Below, piece by piece: positions 19,706 through 19,988 of a DNA stretch of 19,988 nucleotides; within the stretch, counting starts at the first letter, position 1; every line of letters starts with the position of its first letter. Below the pieces are notes generated by a model. It did no database searches, was not told the DNA's origin, and saw nothing but the letters and a program-made list of their open reading frames with translations. The stretch is from Octopus sinensis (lineage: Eukaryota), in assembly GCF_006345805.1 (NCBI RefSeq), contig NW_021824141.1, positions 1 through 19,988 on the forward strand, in the 5' to 3' direction. The position numbers and the translations under genes are program-made.

Positions 19706-19988
19706 GGCGCAGGCGTGCCTGTGCGGTAATAAGCTTGCTTCCCAACCACATGAATCGGGGTTCAGTCCCATTGCATGACATCTTAGGCAAGTGTCATCTG
19801 CTATGGTCTCAGGTTGACCAAACCCTTGTGAGTGGATTTTGTAGACAGAAACTTAAACGAGCCCGTCGTATATATAGATGTATATGTTTGTGTGTTTGTG
19901 TCTGTGTTAGACCCCACCATCGCTTGACAACCGATGTTGGTGTGTTTACGTCCCCGAAAGTTAGCGGTTCGGCAAATAGAATAAGTAC
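19706..19988 (+). mobile_element. SINE family A (tRNA head plus CORE-like segment), running off the window end
   Basis: GGCGCAGGCGTGCCTGTGCGGTAATAAGC head, GGTTCAGTCCC B-box, CATCTTAGGCAAGTGTC similar to the CORE motif GACCTTGGGCAAGTCAC, and an internal TG tract. The 3' part matches the copy at 18400-18620. Confidence 0.9.

Noticed and set aside
13004-19770. tRNA genes suggested by A/B boxes at 13004, 16671 and 19706
   Set aside because: No cloverleaf; each continues into a shared SINE body, so they are SINE heads.

Overview
Eukaryotic, AT-rich, non-coding DNA (intergenic or a large intron). The SINE families and the very dense compound microsatellites look most like an Octopus (coleoid cephalopod) genome; this assignment comes from my recognition of the repeats, not from a database search. 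I can support no intact protein-coding gene, and most ORFs in the supplied track are microsatellite artefacts (YIYI, IHTY, SIYL). The window contains: (i) at least nine copies or fragments of three tRNA-type SINE families; (ii) a decayed maT/DD37D-type Tc1/mariner transposase gene with two nested insertions; (iii) a mariner MITE and a Tigger-like MITE; (iv) an R4/Dong-like non-LTR RT fragment; (v) a probable Helitron-like 3' end. Less routine signals are a minimal type I hammerhead-ribozyme motif in a Penelope-like repeat (5402-5437), a ~590 bp foldback with perfect 74 bp arms (1210-1796), a second ~1 kb foldback (7425-8397), a decayed ORF carrying an STPR-like repeat (14905-15175), twin covarying 16 bp palindromes (14414-14595), and a compound microsatellite block flanked by an 8 bp direct repeat (9655-9975). 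All alignments and translations were done by hand.
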